Shown: positions 37,091-46,417 of the stretch, one piece after another
How positions within the stretch are numbered: the first letter of the stretch is position 1
Layout of the letters: every line of letters starts with the position of its first letter
IMG/VR virus record: IMGVR_UViG_3300014205_000184
Span: 67,162 to 130,218 of that record
Reading direction: 5' to 3' (one strand)
DNA from: a virus
Lineage: Duplodnaviria; Heunggongvirae; Uroviricota; Caudoviricetes
Length of the DNA: 63,057 bases
Notes under the pieces: model-generated
Database searches by the model: none
Told to the model about the DNA's origin: nothing
The model's input: the letters and a program-made list of their open reading frames with translations, nothing else
Made by a program: the position numbers and the translations under genes

Positions 37091-38830
37091 TTATTCCTCC
37101 TTATTCTTTCCAGCTTTCGTTTGTTTTGCTCCAGATGGGCGACCACCTTGACTACCTGAAGATTGTATTGTATCAATAGATTCACCATCTTGACCAACAG
37201 CAACCTGCTTATAGCTTATTGGAACATTTCTATCAGTTAGCTCTTTTTCGCCAGAAGCTATTTCTTTACCTATTCTCATAACTTCAACTTTATCGTCTAA
37301 ATTATGAGCTTGTAATAACGTCTTTGTTGAAACTTTACCTATCTTCATTAAATTTAAAATTGATGTTCTAAAAGCCTCTAACTTCGTATTAAGAACATTA
37401 AAAATCATATTAGGGGTTACCGTCAACTTGTCTTCGTTACGACGTATGATTTCTCCACATAAACTTTCAAAGAACCTTTTAACATGATGTCTCATACTAT
37501 TAATGTCTTCTTCAAAATTCTGTACATTAATAGAATCAAAATTATTATTCGCACTAACTGGACCAATTAAAATACCAAAACCTGATAATAACTCTGAAGT
37601 TGAATGAGTATATTTATCAGTTGATATGAGTGACTCTACATCTGGGGTTTTTATTTCTAATTTATAATAATATGGATGGAATATTTGCATTACGGGACCA
37701 CGATTATCATTGGTAATAGCTTCTTTAGCCATTTGTATTGATGATTTTTCAATAACATTCCCGCTAGAATCTTTTCTCGCTATTCTAGGTTGGTTAACTA
37801 ATCTTCCTTGCTTATCCTGAGTGCTATCACCAATACTCCAGTCTAAAACATAATTTATAACTCCATCTAATATTGATAAATCTGCCGCAGATAATGCTCT
37901 CCGCAACATTAAAATATCATACATCCCAACATAAGGTGGTGTTGGGTAAAGCCCCTGTCCAATAGTTATACTTCTTCCTTGATTAAGCGCAGTATTGTCA
38001 GACGGAGACCATTGATACTTTAACACAAATCCTTGCTCTTTACTATCTTCCCCAGATTGTGTATTTAAAATTGGTATATTATGCCAATATGCGCCTTCAG
38101 TAGGGTGTTCGTATAAACTCGCTATAGCATTTGTATTTTTATTAGTTTCAGTTATCTCTTTTTGTGGTGATAACTTTACCCAAAACTGTTCATCTACAAA
38201 ACTTGATGTTTCTCTCACGAGCACAGTTGATAAACAATTTTGTAATGTCATTCTTATAGGAACATTATACTCAATCTTATCTATTACAATTGTTCCCCAT
38301 TCCCAATTTAATGGAGCCATTGCATTTAATTTCAAAGATTTAAATATCCATTTCGTAACCTCATCTAAACCAGAAACAACATTAGGAACATCTTTATTTA
38401 TCGTAGCTGACCATTTATTCCAAAATTTACTTTCTTTTTCAATTATTTCTACTGTTTTATTCTTTTTTCCTATAAGAGTTTGTATGAACTCCCACCAGCC
38501 TTGATTCTTTTCTTTTGTATATGGTAATTCCCACTCAAAACCATTAACTGCAAAATCAACTTGTCTATCTATTAAATATCTAAAAAGTCTATCAAGTTCA
38601 TACATTTCCCAACTTTTTTTTACTTGTGCATGATACCCCTGAGGAATTCTTATATCTATCGCCCTTCCGTAATCACTTCTATTTGATTTACATATAGAAC
38701 CTTTAACATATCTATTCTCATCAGCGGCGCTCATTAACCCAAATTTTACACGATTACCAAAATCAGCGTATAGTTCTCTAGACGAGTCATCATTATTTAA
38801 ATATGCTTTTTTTGTATTCTTTTTTGACAT
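37091..38830 (-). CDS. Portal protein
   Basis: 579 aa upstream of protease and capsid; LFRYLIDRQVDFAVNGF and C-terminal GGRPSG tail typical of portals. Confidence 0.72.
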   Translation of the reverse strand: MSKKNTKKAYLNNDDSSRELYADFGNRVKFGLMSAADENRYVKGSICKSNRSDYGRAIDIRIPQGYHAQVKKSWEMYELDRLFRYLIDRQVDFAVNGFEWELPYTKEKNQGWWEFIQTLIGKKNKTVEIIEKESKFWNKWSATINKDVPNVVSGLDEVTKWIFKSLKLNAMAPLNWEWGTIVIDKIEYNVPIRMTLQNCLSTVLVRETSSFVDEQFWVKLSPQKEITETNKNTNAIASLYEHPTEGAYWHNIPILNTQSGEDSKEQGFVLKYQWSPSDNTALNQGRSITIGQGLYPTPPYVGMYDILMLRRALSAADLSILDGVINYVLDWSIGDSTQDKQGRLVNQPRIARKDSSGNVIEKSSIQMAKEAITNDNRGPVMQIFHPYYYKLEIKTPDVESLISTDKYTHSTSELLSGFGILIGPVSANNNFDSINVQNFEEDINSMRHHVKRFFESLCGEIIRRNEDKLTVTPNMIFNVLNTKLEAFRTSILNLMKIGKVSTKTLLQAHNLDDKVEVMRIGKEIASGEKELTDRNVPISYKQVAVGQDGESIDTIQSSGSQGGRPSGAKQTKAGKNKEE

Positions 38831-38831
38831 A

Positions 38832-39104
38832 TTATCTTTCGTATATTACAGCTTGAGCTAAACCAGCTCCAGTTGTAATAACAGCATGAACTCCAGTTAC
38901 ACATTTTTCATTTATATTATCATCACTTGAAAAACTATTAGCTAGACACCCAACCACAGCTATAACTCTGCCATCAGTTCCGGTACCATCATAAATTGTT
39001 AAAGTAGCATTCCCAGTTCCTTGTAATGTTGCTTTTTCAATAAACTTTTTACCAGTATAAATTTGATAAGCTGTAGTATGCGTTATATGTTTCAATACTC
39101 CCAT
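38832..39104 (-). CDS. Small beta-sandwich structural protein (probable true start 39104)
   Basis: GGAGG SD at 39111-39115 before ATG 39104; resembles the C-terminal domain of 8241..9623. Confidence 0.6.
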   Translation of the reverse strand: MGVLKHITHTTAYQIYTGKKFIEKATLQGTGNATLTIYDGTGTDGRVIAVVGCLANSFSSDDNINEKCVTGVHAVITTGAGLAQAVIYER

Positions 39105-39128
39105 ATATAACCTCCAAAATATGACATT

Positions 39129-39163
39129 AAAAAAAACCGAGTCCACCTACCTGGTAGCTCGGT
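39129..39163 (-). terminator. Intrinsic terminator ~25-55 nt downstream of a sigma70 promoter
   Basis: Minus strand ACCGAG-ctacc...ggtgg-a-CTCGGT followed by a run of 7 U. Confidence 0.7.
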
Positions 39164-39189
39164 CTTCACCGCAACTATTATACACTATA

Positions 39190-39218
39190 AGTATATCACA
39201 TAAATCGTGTTTTGTCAA
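39190..39218 (-). promoter_or_regulatory. Sigma70-type promoter
   Basis: TTGACA-17 nt-TATACT with extended -10 TG. Confidence 0.85.
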
Positions 39219-39229
39219 GTTATTTTTTA

Positions 39230-39433
39230 TTATTTTTTAATATTTTCATCACTCACATCAACAATCTCGTCCGGCTTGAATGAAGGTTGTAATGAAATAT
39301 GTATAAATTTTTTATTCTGTACTTTTATAATTATCTGCCCATTATCCATCCCGAACATATCCACTAACTTCTGTATATATACTTTAGGATTAATTCCAAC
39401 TCTATACTGAACTAATTTAATCATATTCTCCAT
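39230..39433 (-). CDS. Small hypothetical protein
   Basis: 67-aa ORF coupled to the upstream gene. Confidence 0.5.
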   Translation of the reverse strand: MENMIKLVQYRVGINPKVYIQKLVDMFGMDNGQIIIKVQNKKFIHISLQPSFKPDEIVDVSDENIKK

Positions 39434-40262
39434 TCAATAGTTTGTATTTTTCCAACAGTTCATTATAATTTATTCTTTTTTTTAATATATTTTCACCTTT
39501 CAAGCGTTTTACGTAATATCCAGCATTACGCATCATTGAACTTTGCTGATTATCTTTTTCTTTCGCTCCAGGTTTATTATGCCAATACGCCCCATCGCAT
39601 TCTATAATTAAATTATATTTTGTAATATAAAAATCAGCTGGATGATTTTTAATACGGTAAGGATGTTTAAATTTTATTTTTCTCTTTAATAATTCTTTCT
39701 TTACTATTAATTCTATATCTGTATCAAATAATCTTTGTCTTCTATTTTTATTTAATAAATAGCAAAATGTACACCTCTTAGCTGTATATGATTTTAATTT
39801 CTTTCCGCAACAAACACAATAATATTTTCTGAGAGTTCTACCGTCTTTATACGCCGGGTTATTTTTTGGATTTTTTAAACGCTCCTTTTGGCTAATACTC
39901 ATTTTTTTTCTAGTTTTTAATGAACGTTTCTTACCATAACCTGGGTGATTCTTGCCTTTTTTTGCTAAACTTAATTTTTTTCTATATTCTAATGAATATC
40001 GTTTACCATAATTTGGATTTTTTTTACCCAACTTTGATAAACTTAATTTTTCTCTATGCTTAAGTGAAAGTTTTTTACCTTTATGAAATAAACCTATTTT
40101 TTTTCTAGTTTTTAATGTATGTTTTTTACCATACATTGGGTGTTTTTCAATATTTCTTAACCTATATTTTTGACTACACGACCTACATCTCTTATTTTTT
40201 TTAAAGTAAGCATTTTGATTTAATAATTTTTTACAATCTAAACAGTAAACTAATTTAACCAC
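39417..40262 (-). CDS. Homing endonuclease: NUMOD3 repeats + DUF559/Vsr-like nuclease domain
   Basis: Repeated GKKHTLKTRKKI-type motifs; ADFYITKYNLIIECDGAYWH. Confidence 0.82.
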   Translation of the reverse strand: MVKLVYCLDCKKLLNQNAYFKKNKRCRSCSQKYRLRNIEKHPMYGKKHTLKTRKKIGLFHKGKKLSLKHREKLSLSKLGKKNPNYGKRYSLEYRKKLSLAKKGKNHPGYGKKRSLKTRKKMSISQKERLKNPKNNPAYKDGRTLRKYYCVCCGKKLKSYTAKRCTFCYLLNKNRRQRLFDTDIELIVKKELLKRKIKFKHPYRIKNHPADFYITKYNLIIECDGAYWHNKPGAKEKDNQQSSMMRNAGYYVKRLKGENILKKRINYNELLEKYKLLNGEYD

Positions 40263-41198
40263 TGGCCCTCAATGATAATGATTTAGTTGCTATCTCTTTA
40301 CGCCACACACTGAACAAAAAGCATCGTTAACCCCATATGCCTTACCACATGATGGACAGTGTTTTTTACAATACTTAGATATTATGTTACTATCTGTAGT
40401 CCCAACCAACTGAAATCTGATAACAATTTCATTACTCTCTAACTCACCAATGTATGCAAAAGAAAACTTTTGAGATGAGTTACTACCTTTTATCGTAGCA
40501 CCTTTTTCTTCAACAAGATGATTGTCTTGTATAAAAGCATCATCATGCGTTTTAATCTCACCAGCACCTGCTATTGATGTAGCGAATGATGTAAAATTAC
40601 TGTTACCGCTTGTGTTTAAAGTACCTGACGATAGCCCCTTAGAAACACTATTACAGAAAACAGTACCCCCAAATAATGGATAATCATAATCCACATAGAA
40701 TGGACCATTATATCTTATCGGCCAATGTGGACGATGATGATATATGTGTTCTTCATGTACTATAACGTTATTCACTACTGGTTTAACTAACTGAAATCTA
40801 ACTTCTATACATCCTTTTTCTGAGTTACCTTTGTCGGAAACTTTGTTATTTGATAAAGGAACAAACTTAAATCTTCGACCTCTCTCAACGTCATCTATAT
40901 ATCTTTCTAGATTAACACTTGAGTTTGCGTCGATTATAAGTCTCCCCTTCTCAGTAACTTCATCCCCATCAATGTACACACGTGCAACTGCTTTCCTATC
41001 ATTCCGATTCTTCAATAATAAACTATATTCTGAATTAAATGGGATAACAACCTTCCCATCTTTTTCTTCTACGGTTCTATCATTGATTTTTACGTTCACT
41101 ACCATCCCTTGACTATACATATCTTCCCCCTATAAGTACCGACGTTGCCAGATACTATTTTTATTTTTATCAACGTCTCTCGCTAGATTGAGGGCCAG
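40262..41198. repeat. Perfect 12-bp inverted repeat flanking ORF 40290..41120
   Basis: CTGGCCCTCAAT at 40262-40273 and ATTGAGGGCCAG at 41187-41198. Confidence 0.8.
40290..41120 (-). CDS. Hypothetical protein with C-terminal zinc ribbon
   Basis: 276 aa; HEEHIYHHRPH low-complexity linker; CPSCGK...FCSVCG. Confidence 0.7.
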   Translation of the reverse strand: MYSQGMVVNVKINDRTVEEKDGKVVIPFNSEYSLLLKNRNDRKAVARVYIDGDEVTEKGRLIIDANSSVNLERYIDDVERGRRFKFVPLSNNKVSDKGNSEKGCIEVRFQLVKPVVNNVIVHEEHIYHHRPHWPIRYNGPFYVDYDYPLFGGTVFCNSVSKGLSSGTLNTSGNSNFTSFATSIAGAGEIKTHDDAFIQDNHLVEEKGATIKGSNSSQKFSFAYIGELESNEIVIRFQLVGTTDSNIISKYCKKHCPSCGKAYGVNDAFCSVCGVKR

Positions 41199-41201
41199 CG
41201 A

Positions 41202-42191
41202 TTAAAAATCTTGCTGATGATATAATATTACTTGGCTACCTAATTCATCAAATTTAACCGGAACAAACAATACTTTTTTCATAGCTCTTTTAACTTCATC
41301 TTGATATTCTTCTGGGACATATAGTATGAAAAAACCTCCATTTCCAGCTCCGCAGAGTTTGCCTCCCAAGGCTCCATTTCGCATAGCACAATCATACATA
41401 TCATCTATTTTTTTATTAGATATTACATTTGAAAAACTTTTTTTAATTTTCCATGATTCATTTATTAGTTTACCAAAATTATCTATATTATTAGACTTTA
41501 ATATTTCAATTGAGTCATCCACTAATGAATACATCTCACGTAATTCTTTTCTTTTACTCGTTGGTAATTTGGGGACATATTCCCCAGCTACTTTTGATGA
41601 TGTTCTTGAAAAACCCGTAAAAAACATCATGATATTGTTTTGAAGTTTTAATACTTTTTCTTTTGGTAAAATAATTTTATCAACCACATAACTATCACCA
41701 TTAAAACTAATCTTATTAAGTCCTCCAAAAGATGCGGCTATTTGGTCTTGTGAACCGACATTTTCTTTAACTAGTTTTTGCTCAACATAAATAGCATCGT
41801 TAGAAAGTATTCTTTTGGTTACCATCTTACCTTGTAAGGCGTATAACGCATTTATAAAACCAACTGTAAAAGATGAGCTTGAACCTACACCCGAGCAAGC
41901 TGGTATGTCTGCTGTATGTACTAACTCTACTCCCTTACTAATATTCATATAATTCAAACATTCTCGTACGGTAGGATGATTTATTTCTGAAATATATTTC
42001 TTTCTCTCCGTACGTCTATATCTTACGTTATATTTATATTTAAAAAATGGGGGTAGATACCTACACATAATATAACAATATTTGTTGATAGTGGTGCTGA
42101 GAACAGCCCCAGGATTATCTTTATACCATAAAGGATAATCTGTACCTCCCCCAAAAAAACTCACTCTAAATGGTGTACGTGTAATAATCAT
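41202..42191 (-). CDS. hddA: GHMP kinase, D-glycero-alpha-D-manno-heptose-7-phosphate kinase type
   Basis: MIITRTPFRVSFFGGGTDYP; ADIPACSGVGSSSSF; VGSQDQ; GGKLCGAGNGGF. Confidence 0.88.
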   Translation of the reverse strand: MIITRTPFRVSFFGGGTDYPLWYKDNPGAVLSTTINKYCYIMCRYLPPFFKYKYNVRYRRTERKKYISEINHPTVRECLNYMNISKGVELVHTADIPACSGVGSSSSFTVGFINALYALQGKMVTKRILSNDAIYVEQKLVKENVGSQDQIAASFGGLNKISFNGDSYVVDKIILPKEKVLKLQNNIMMFFTGFSRTSSKVAGEYVPKLPTSKRKELREMYSLVDDSIEILKSNNIDNFGKLINESWKIKKSFSNVISNKKIDDMYDCAMRNGALGGKLCGAGNGGFFILYVPEEYQDEVKRAMKKVLFVPVKFDELGSQVILYHQQDF

Positions 42192-42749
42192 CTATTTTCC
42201 TATATGTTTTATATCACCCAACTCATCTCTTAATGATATTATTGGATTGTTTATAGGCCATCTAATATTAAAATTACTATCATTCCATTTTATCGTAAAT
42301 TGATTTTTTGGATTATAATAATTTGTTTGTTTGTAATGAAATATTGATTTATCTGATAAGCAAATATGTCCATTCCCAAAACCTGGAGGTATTAATACTT
42401 GATATTTATTTACATCTGACAACGTAAACCCCTGCCATTTACCAAATTGATTATTCTCTATCGTATTATTTGAATCACCTATGCGATAATCAATAACTAC
42501 AAGATAAAACTTACCATATAAACAAGATATTAACTTCCATGTCATACTGTCGCCGTGTATACCTTTAAGCACATGCTTTGTAGATACGGATATATCATCT
42601 TCTATGAAATTTTCATTAGTTAGCTCCGATAACTGCTCTTTATACTCTTTATCGTTATATATCTGTAGATACTCGCCTCTATAATCCTCAAAGCAAGTGG
42701 GTTTTATTAATTTAACTCCTGATAATGTAGTGTTTTCTATAGTAATCAT
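42192..42749 (-). CDS. dTDP-4-dehydrorhamnose 3,5-epimerase family (RmlC-like cupin)
   Basis: FEDYRG; STKHVLKGIH; VLIPPGFGNGH; IKWND...WPINNPIISLRD. Confidence 0.9.
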   Translation of the reverse strand: MITIENTTLSGVKLIKPTCFEDYRGEYLQIYNDKEYKEQLSELTNENFIEDDISVSTKHVLKGIHGDSMTWKLISCLYGKFYLVVIDYRIGDSNNTIENNQFGKWQGFTLSDVNKYQVLIPPGFGNGHICLSDKSIFHYKQTNYYNPKNQFTIKWNDSNFNIRWPINNPIISLRDELGDIKHIGK

Positions 42750-42769
42750 GTAGACCTCTATATTTATTT

Positions 42770-43777
42770 TTAAAATCGTTTCCCATTTTTAACTTCAATT
42801 CTACACCAATCTAGTAATTCTTTTAATGATTGTTTTAATGTTATTTTAGGTCTCCACTCAGGGCATACTTTCTTAAATTTATCAATATCAACAATCTGTA
42901 AATTTATATCTAATTTTCTCATTAGCGAATCATCAAGTTCTTTTTTTATCTTATCTTTCATTGGGCTTAACTCTATAAGATAATCTAGCATTTCTTCTAT
43001 CGTATAGACTTCCTCTCCACCGATATTATAGATTTCACCTATATTGCCATTTTTAATTAACATGTAATAAGCTTCAACGGCATCTCTAGCATCTGCAAAT
43101 GTTCTAACGGAGTTTAAATTCCCGTGTTTAACAGTTGGTTCTTGTAACGAAAGTTCTATCTTAGCTATTTGTTGAGCAAAATTAACTTCTGCTGACTTCA
43201 TTGTTCTACCAATAGAGAAATGTGTAAACATCCTAGTTATTATAACATTAAAATTATAATATTTACAGTAAAACTGCGCTGTCATATCAGCTCCAATTTT
43301 ACCTATTGCATATTGGTTTCCTGGTCTTATTTGATTATCTTCATTTATTGGTGTTTCATTTATATCAACTTTACCATAAACTTCACTCGATGAAACAACG
43401 TGTATTATAGGGTTATAGCTTTTATCAATATAATCTTTTACAATACGTATAGCTTCAAACAGGTTTACAGTACCTATTGTGTTTGTTTCTATGGTTATAA
43501 TTGGGGACACAAACCCAGAATTAACAAAACTTTCAGCGGCTAAATGACTAATAATATCTGGTTTATTATCAGCAATTACTCTTATTAAACTGCTTAAGTC
43601 TAATAAATCAGCTTGTACTATTTTTATCTTATCTTTTACGTGTTCAATTCTAGATGTATCTTCATTCCATCTTGTGGTAACTATTACATCTTCATTTTGC
43701 TTTAATAGGAAATTTATAAAATGAGACGCAACGAATCCACCGCCACCTGTTAATAACCACTTACTTTTCATGCTCAA
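42770..43777 (-). CDS. Second GDP-sugar 4,6-dehydratase/reductase (Gmd/Rmd-like)
   Basis: LLTGGGGFVAS; HLAAESFV; SSSEVYG; YAIGK; GNLNSVRTFADARDAV. Confidence 0.85.
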   Translation of the reverse strand: MSMKSKWLLTGGGGFVASHFINFLLKQNEDVIVTTRWNEDTSRIEHVKDKIKIVQADLLDLSSLIRVIADNKPDIISHLAAESFVNSGFVSPIITIETNTIGTVNLFEAIRIVKDYIDKSYNPIIHVVSSSEVYGKVDINETPINEDNQIRPGNQYAIGKIGADMTAQFYCKYYNFNVIITRMFTHFSIGRTMKSAEVNFAQQIAKIELSLQEPTVKHGNLNSVRTFADARDAVEAYYMLIKNGNIGEIYNIGGEEVYTIEEMLDYLIELSPMKDKIKKELDDSLMRKLDINLQIVDIDKFKKVCPEWRPKITLKQSLKELLDWCRIEVKNGKRF

Positions 43778-44672
43778 CCTCTATATTATCAAGTTCACAT
43801 TTAAAATGTAAATGAAATAAATGAGAATTTGTCACAACAACTTTATCTCTTTTTAAATTATTATCAAACTCTAAATCTGGGGCACCTATTGTAGTTAGTA
43901 AAGAATCAGAAGCTTGTTTAAATATAGTACTATTTGCTATCATGGCATTGTAATATCCATAATCTCTAACGCCACATGGTTCTATAATTGTTTTTTTGTC
44001 GAACTGATTACAAATATTACTCCAATCATCCAATTCTTTTTCTGTAATATAATCTTTATCTATTGGGAATTTCATTGTTAGGGAATGACAGTTTAACTTT
44101 CTCCATACATTCCATATAGAATCTAACGTTGTTTCTTCATTGTAACTTAAATCTTTATATTTTTCACCACAATTAGGCATATGAGCATTTGTCATTTTCT
44201 GTCTAGGTTCTACCCATATAGGAGTATATACCTTATCATCACCATGAATAGAACGAGCATCGCTAACATATTTATCCCAATTCTTGCCACAAACTAAGTC
44301 TATGTTATAATTATAGCACATAATAGTATCATCTGGGATTAAAAGTAACGCTTCTCTCATAGAATGAAACAATGATTGTTTCTTACTTGATTTAAAGAAC
44401 TCTATATTAAATTTATTTCTTATTTTATCTTTATAGACTTCACTAAATATAACATCTGGTTCATAAACTAATATGATTTTATGTTTAAAATAAGAGTTTT
44501 TATTTAAAGATGATAAACATCTAATAATAAGGTCTTGCCCCATTATATTTTCATTTGTTTCACCTGAGATATCCCCATTATGCCATAAACCATTATCATC
44601 TTGCGTCATTTGATACTGATTACCATAACCTGCTCTATTAGGTCTAAATGGTGTTAAAAGTGTTAAATTCAT
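43761..44672 (-). CDS. Putative GT-A glycosyltransferase
   Basis: LLTPFR...RCLSSLNKNS...YNIDLV...WDK...HLFH, a divergent GT2-like layout inside the sugar cluster. Confidence 0.5.
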   Translation of the reverse strand: MNLTLLTPFRPNRAGYGNQYQMTQDDNGLWHNGDISGETNENIMGQDLIIRCLSSLNKNSYFKHKIILVYEPDVIFSEVYKDKIRNKFNIEFFKSSKKQSLFHSMREALLLIPDDTIMCYNYNIDLVCGKNWDKYVSDARSIHGDDKVYTPIWVEPRQKMTNAHMPNCGEKYKDLSYNEETTLDSIWNVWRKLNCHSLTMKFPIDKDYITEKELDDWSNICNQFDKKTIIEPCGVRDYGYYNAMIANSTIFKQASDSLLTTIGAPDLEFDNNLKRDKVVVTNSHLFHLHFKCELDNIEVEHEK

Positions 44673-44673
44673 A

Positions 44674-45600
44674 TTATTCTTCCTTTAAAAACTCTTTTAT
44701 TCTAATAAAAGAACTTTTGTTGTCTATTCCGTAATACCCCCATATCACATCTTCTCTTCCCCCGAACTTATGACAGTACCCATGATTATTTTTAATTCCT
44801 ATTCTTAATAATTTTTGAGATATATCATTATCGTGTAAAAATTCACTAATGTGCCCACCTAAACCACCATTTAATACATGTTCTTCCATTGTTATAATTC
44901 TACCACTATCACTTAATACATCTAGCATTTTTTTATTATTAAATGGTAGTGTGTGCACGTCGATTACACCTAAATCGTCTATTCTAGACGCTATATCTAA
45001 AGCTGTATGCGTCATAATACCTGTTGATAATATATTACGACTACCTTTTTTAAAGATATGAAAACCATCATCAAGATTAATATGTTTTTCATATATATCA
45101 TCTGTTTTGCTTCTATCCAATCTTATATAATTAGCTTGTTTATAACTATACGACATTAACGCAATTTTTTCAGCCATAATTGAATCCGTACAATTATTAA
45201 TAATTATATTGGGTATAGCTCGTATCAAAGATACATCTTCAAATATATTATGAGTTGGACCGGCATCATCATAACTAAAACCACATCCAACTCCTACAAT
45301 TGTCAATGGAATACCCATTATTCCACAATTAATTCTTATCTGCTCTAAACATCTAGTTGATACAAAAGATGAAATCCCATAAACATATACTTTCTTACCC
45401 TGTAATGCCATACCGGAAGCTATACTGATACCATTTTGCTCTGCTATCCCAACATTAATATATTGCGACGATAGGTCTTTTCTGAACTTATCTAATGATG
45501 GAGCTGACATGTCAATACTGACAAGATAAACATTTTTGTCATTCTTAGCTAAATCATAGAGTACATCAAAAAATGCGTCTCTTTGTTGTAGATTACTCAT
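44674..45600 (-). CDS. Transketolase, C-terminal (pyrimidine-binding) subunit
   Basis: NVGIAEQNGISIASGMAL; RCLEQIR; AGPTH; TMEEHVLNGGLG. Confidence 0.92.
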   Translation of the reverse strand: MSNLQQRDAFFDVLYDLAKNDKNVYLVSIDMSAPSLDKFRKDLSSQYINVGIAEQNGISIASGMALQGKKVYVYGISSFVSTRCLEQIRINCGIMGIPLTIVGVGCGFSYDDAGPTHNIFEDVSLIRAIPNIIINNCTDSIMAEKIALMSYSYKQANYIRLDRSKTDDIYEKHINLDDGFHIFKKGSRNILSTGIMTHTALDIASRIDDLGVIDVHTLPFNNKKMLDVLSDSGRIITMEEHVLNGGLGGHISEFLHDNDISQKLLRIGIKNNHGYCHKFGGREDVIWGYYGIDNKSSFIRIKEFLKEE

Positions 45601-46417
45601 ACGCTATCTCCTCTCTAAATTTAACAATCTCATCATTATTTGTTGGGGTTCTTGAATGCCACAACGGTTGATAGTAAATACTTGGTATACCATATCCTTT
45701 TATTGTATCTGCTATAATAATCTTTGGTTTAGATGAACTTCTAGCATGAGATGATTGTAGTTCTCTTATAAGTTCGCTCATATTATGCCCATCAATTCTA
45801 CACGTTTCCCACCCAAAAGATTTCCATTTGTCTATAAGTGGTTCAATGGCGAGACATTCTTCAGTAAAATCTGTAGCACAAAGTTTATTTCTATCCATAA
45901 TAACTACAAGATTGTTAAGATTATTATGGCTTGCAAACATAGCCGCTTCCCATATCGACCCCTCATAGCACTCACCATCACCAATTAATGTAAATATAGT
46001 ATTGCATAGTTTATCTTTTTTATTAGCTAATGCCATACCTACTGCGACATTTAACCCGTGCCCTAATGAACCTGATGTTATTTCTATACCCGGAACACCT
46101 CTCTGAGGATGTGTACCCATAATTCCACCAAGTTGTGCAACATGCAGTAATTGAAGTTTATCAAAAAACCCACAATCAGCAAGCACTGAATATAAAGCAA
46201 TACTAGCTTGTCCTTTGCTCAATATAAACTTATCTCTTTTATCCCAATCTGGATTAGATGAGTCATATTTTAATATCCCGCTATAATATAATGCTACAAG
46301 TATATCGACACATGATAATGATGACGTTAAGTGCCCAGTTTTAGCATTAACACACACATCAAACACCCATCTTCGTATTTGTTTTGATTTTAAATACAAA
46401 TCATTTATATTAATCAC
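45593..46417 (-). CDS. Transketolase, N-terminal (ThDP-binding) subunit
   Basis: GHLTSSLS; RDKFILSKG; SGSLGHGL; GDGECYEGSIWEA (ThDP motif). Confidence 0.93.
   Translation of the reverse strand: MININDLYLKSKQIRRWVFDVCVNAKTGHLTSSLSCVDILVALYYSGILKYDSSNPDWDKRDKFILSKGQASIALYSVLADCGFFDKLQLLHVAQLGGIMGTHPQRGVPGIEITSGSLGHGLNVAVGMALANKKDKLCNTIFTLIGDGECYEGSIWEAAMFASHNNLNNLVVIMDRNKLCATDFTEECLAIEPLIDKWKSFGWETCRIDGHNMSELIRELQSSHARSSSKPKIIIADTIKGYGIPSIYYQPLWHSRTPTNNDEIVKFREEIAYE

Noticed and set aside
39105-39146. N-terminal 14 codons of ORF 38832..39146
   Set aside because: They overlap a terminator; a GGAGG SD supports the ATG at 39104
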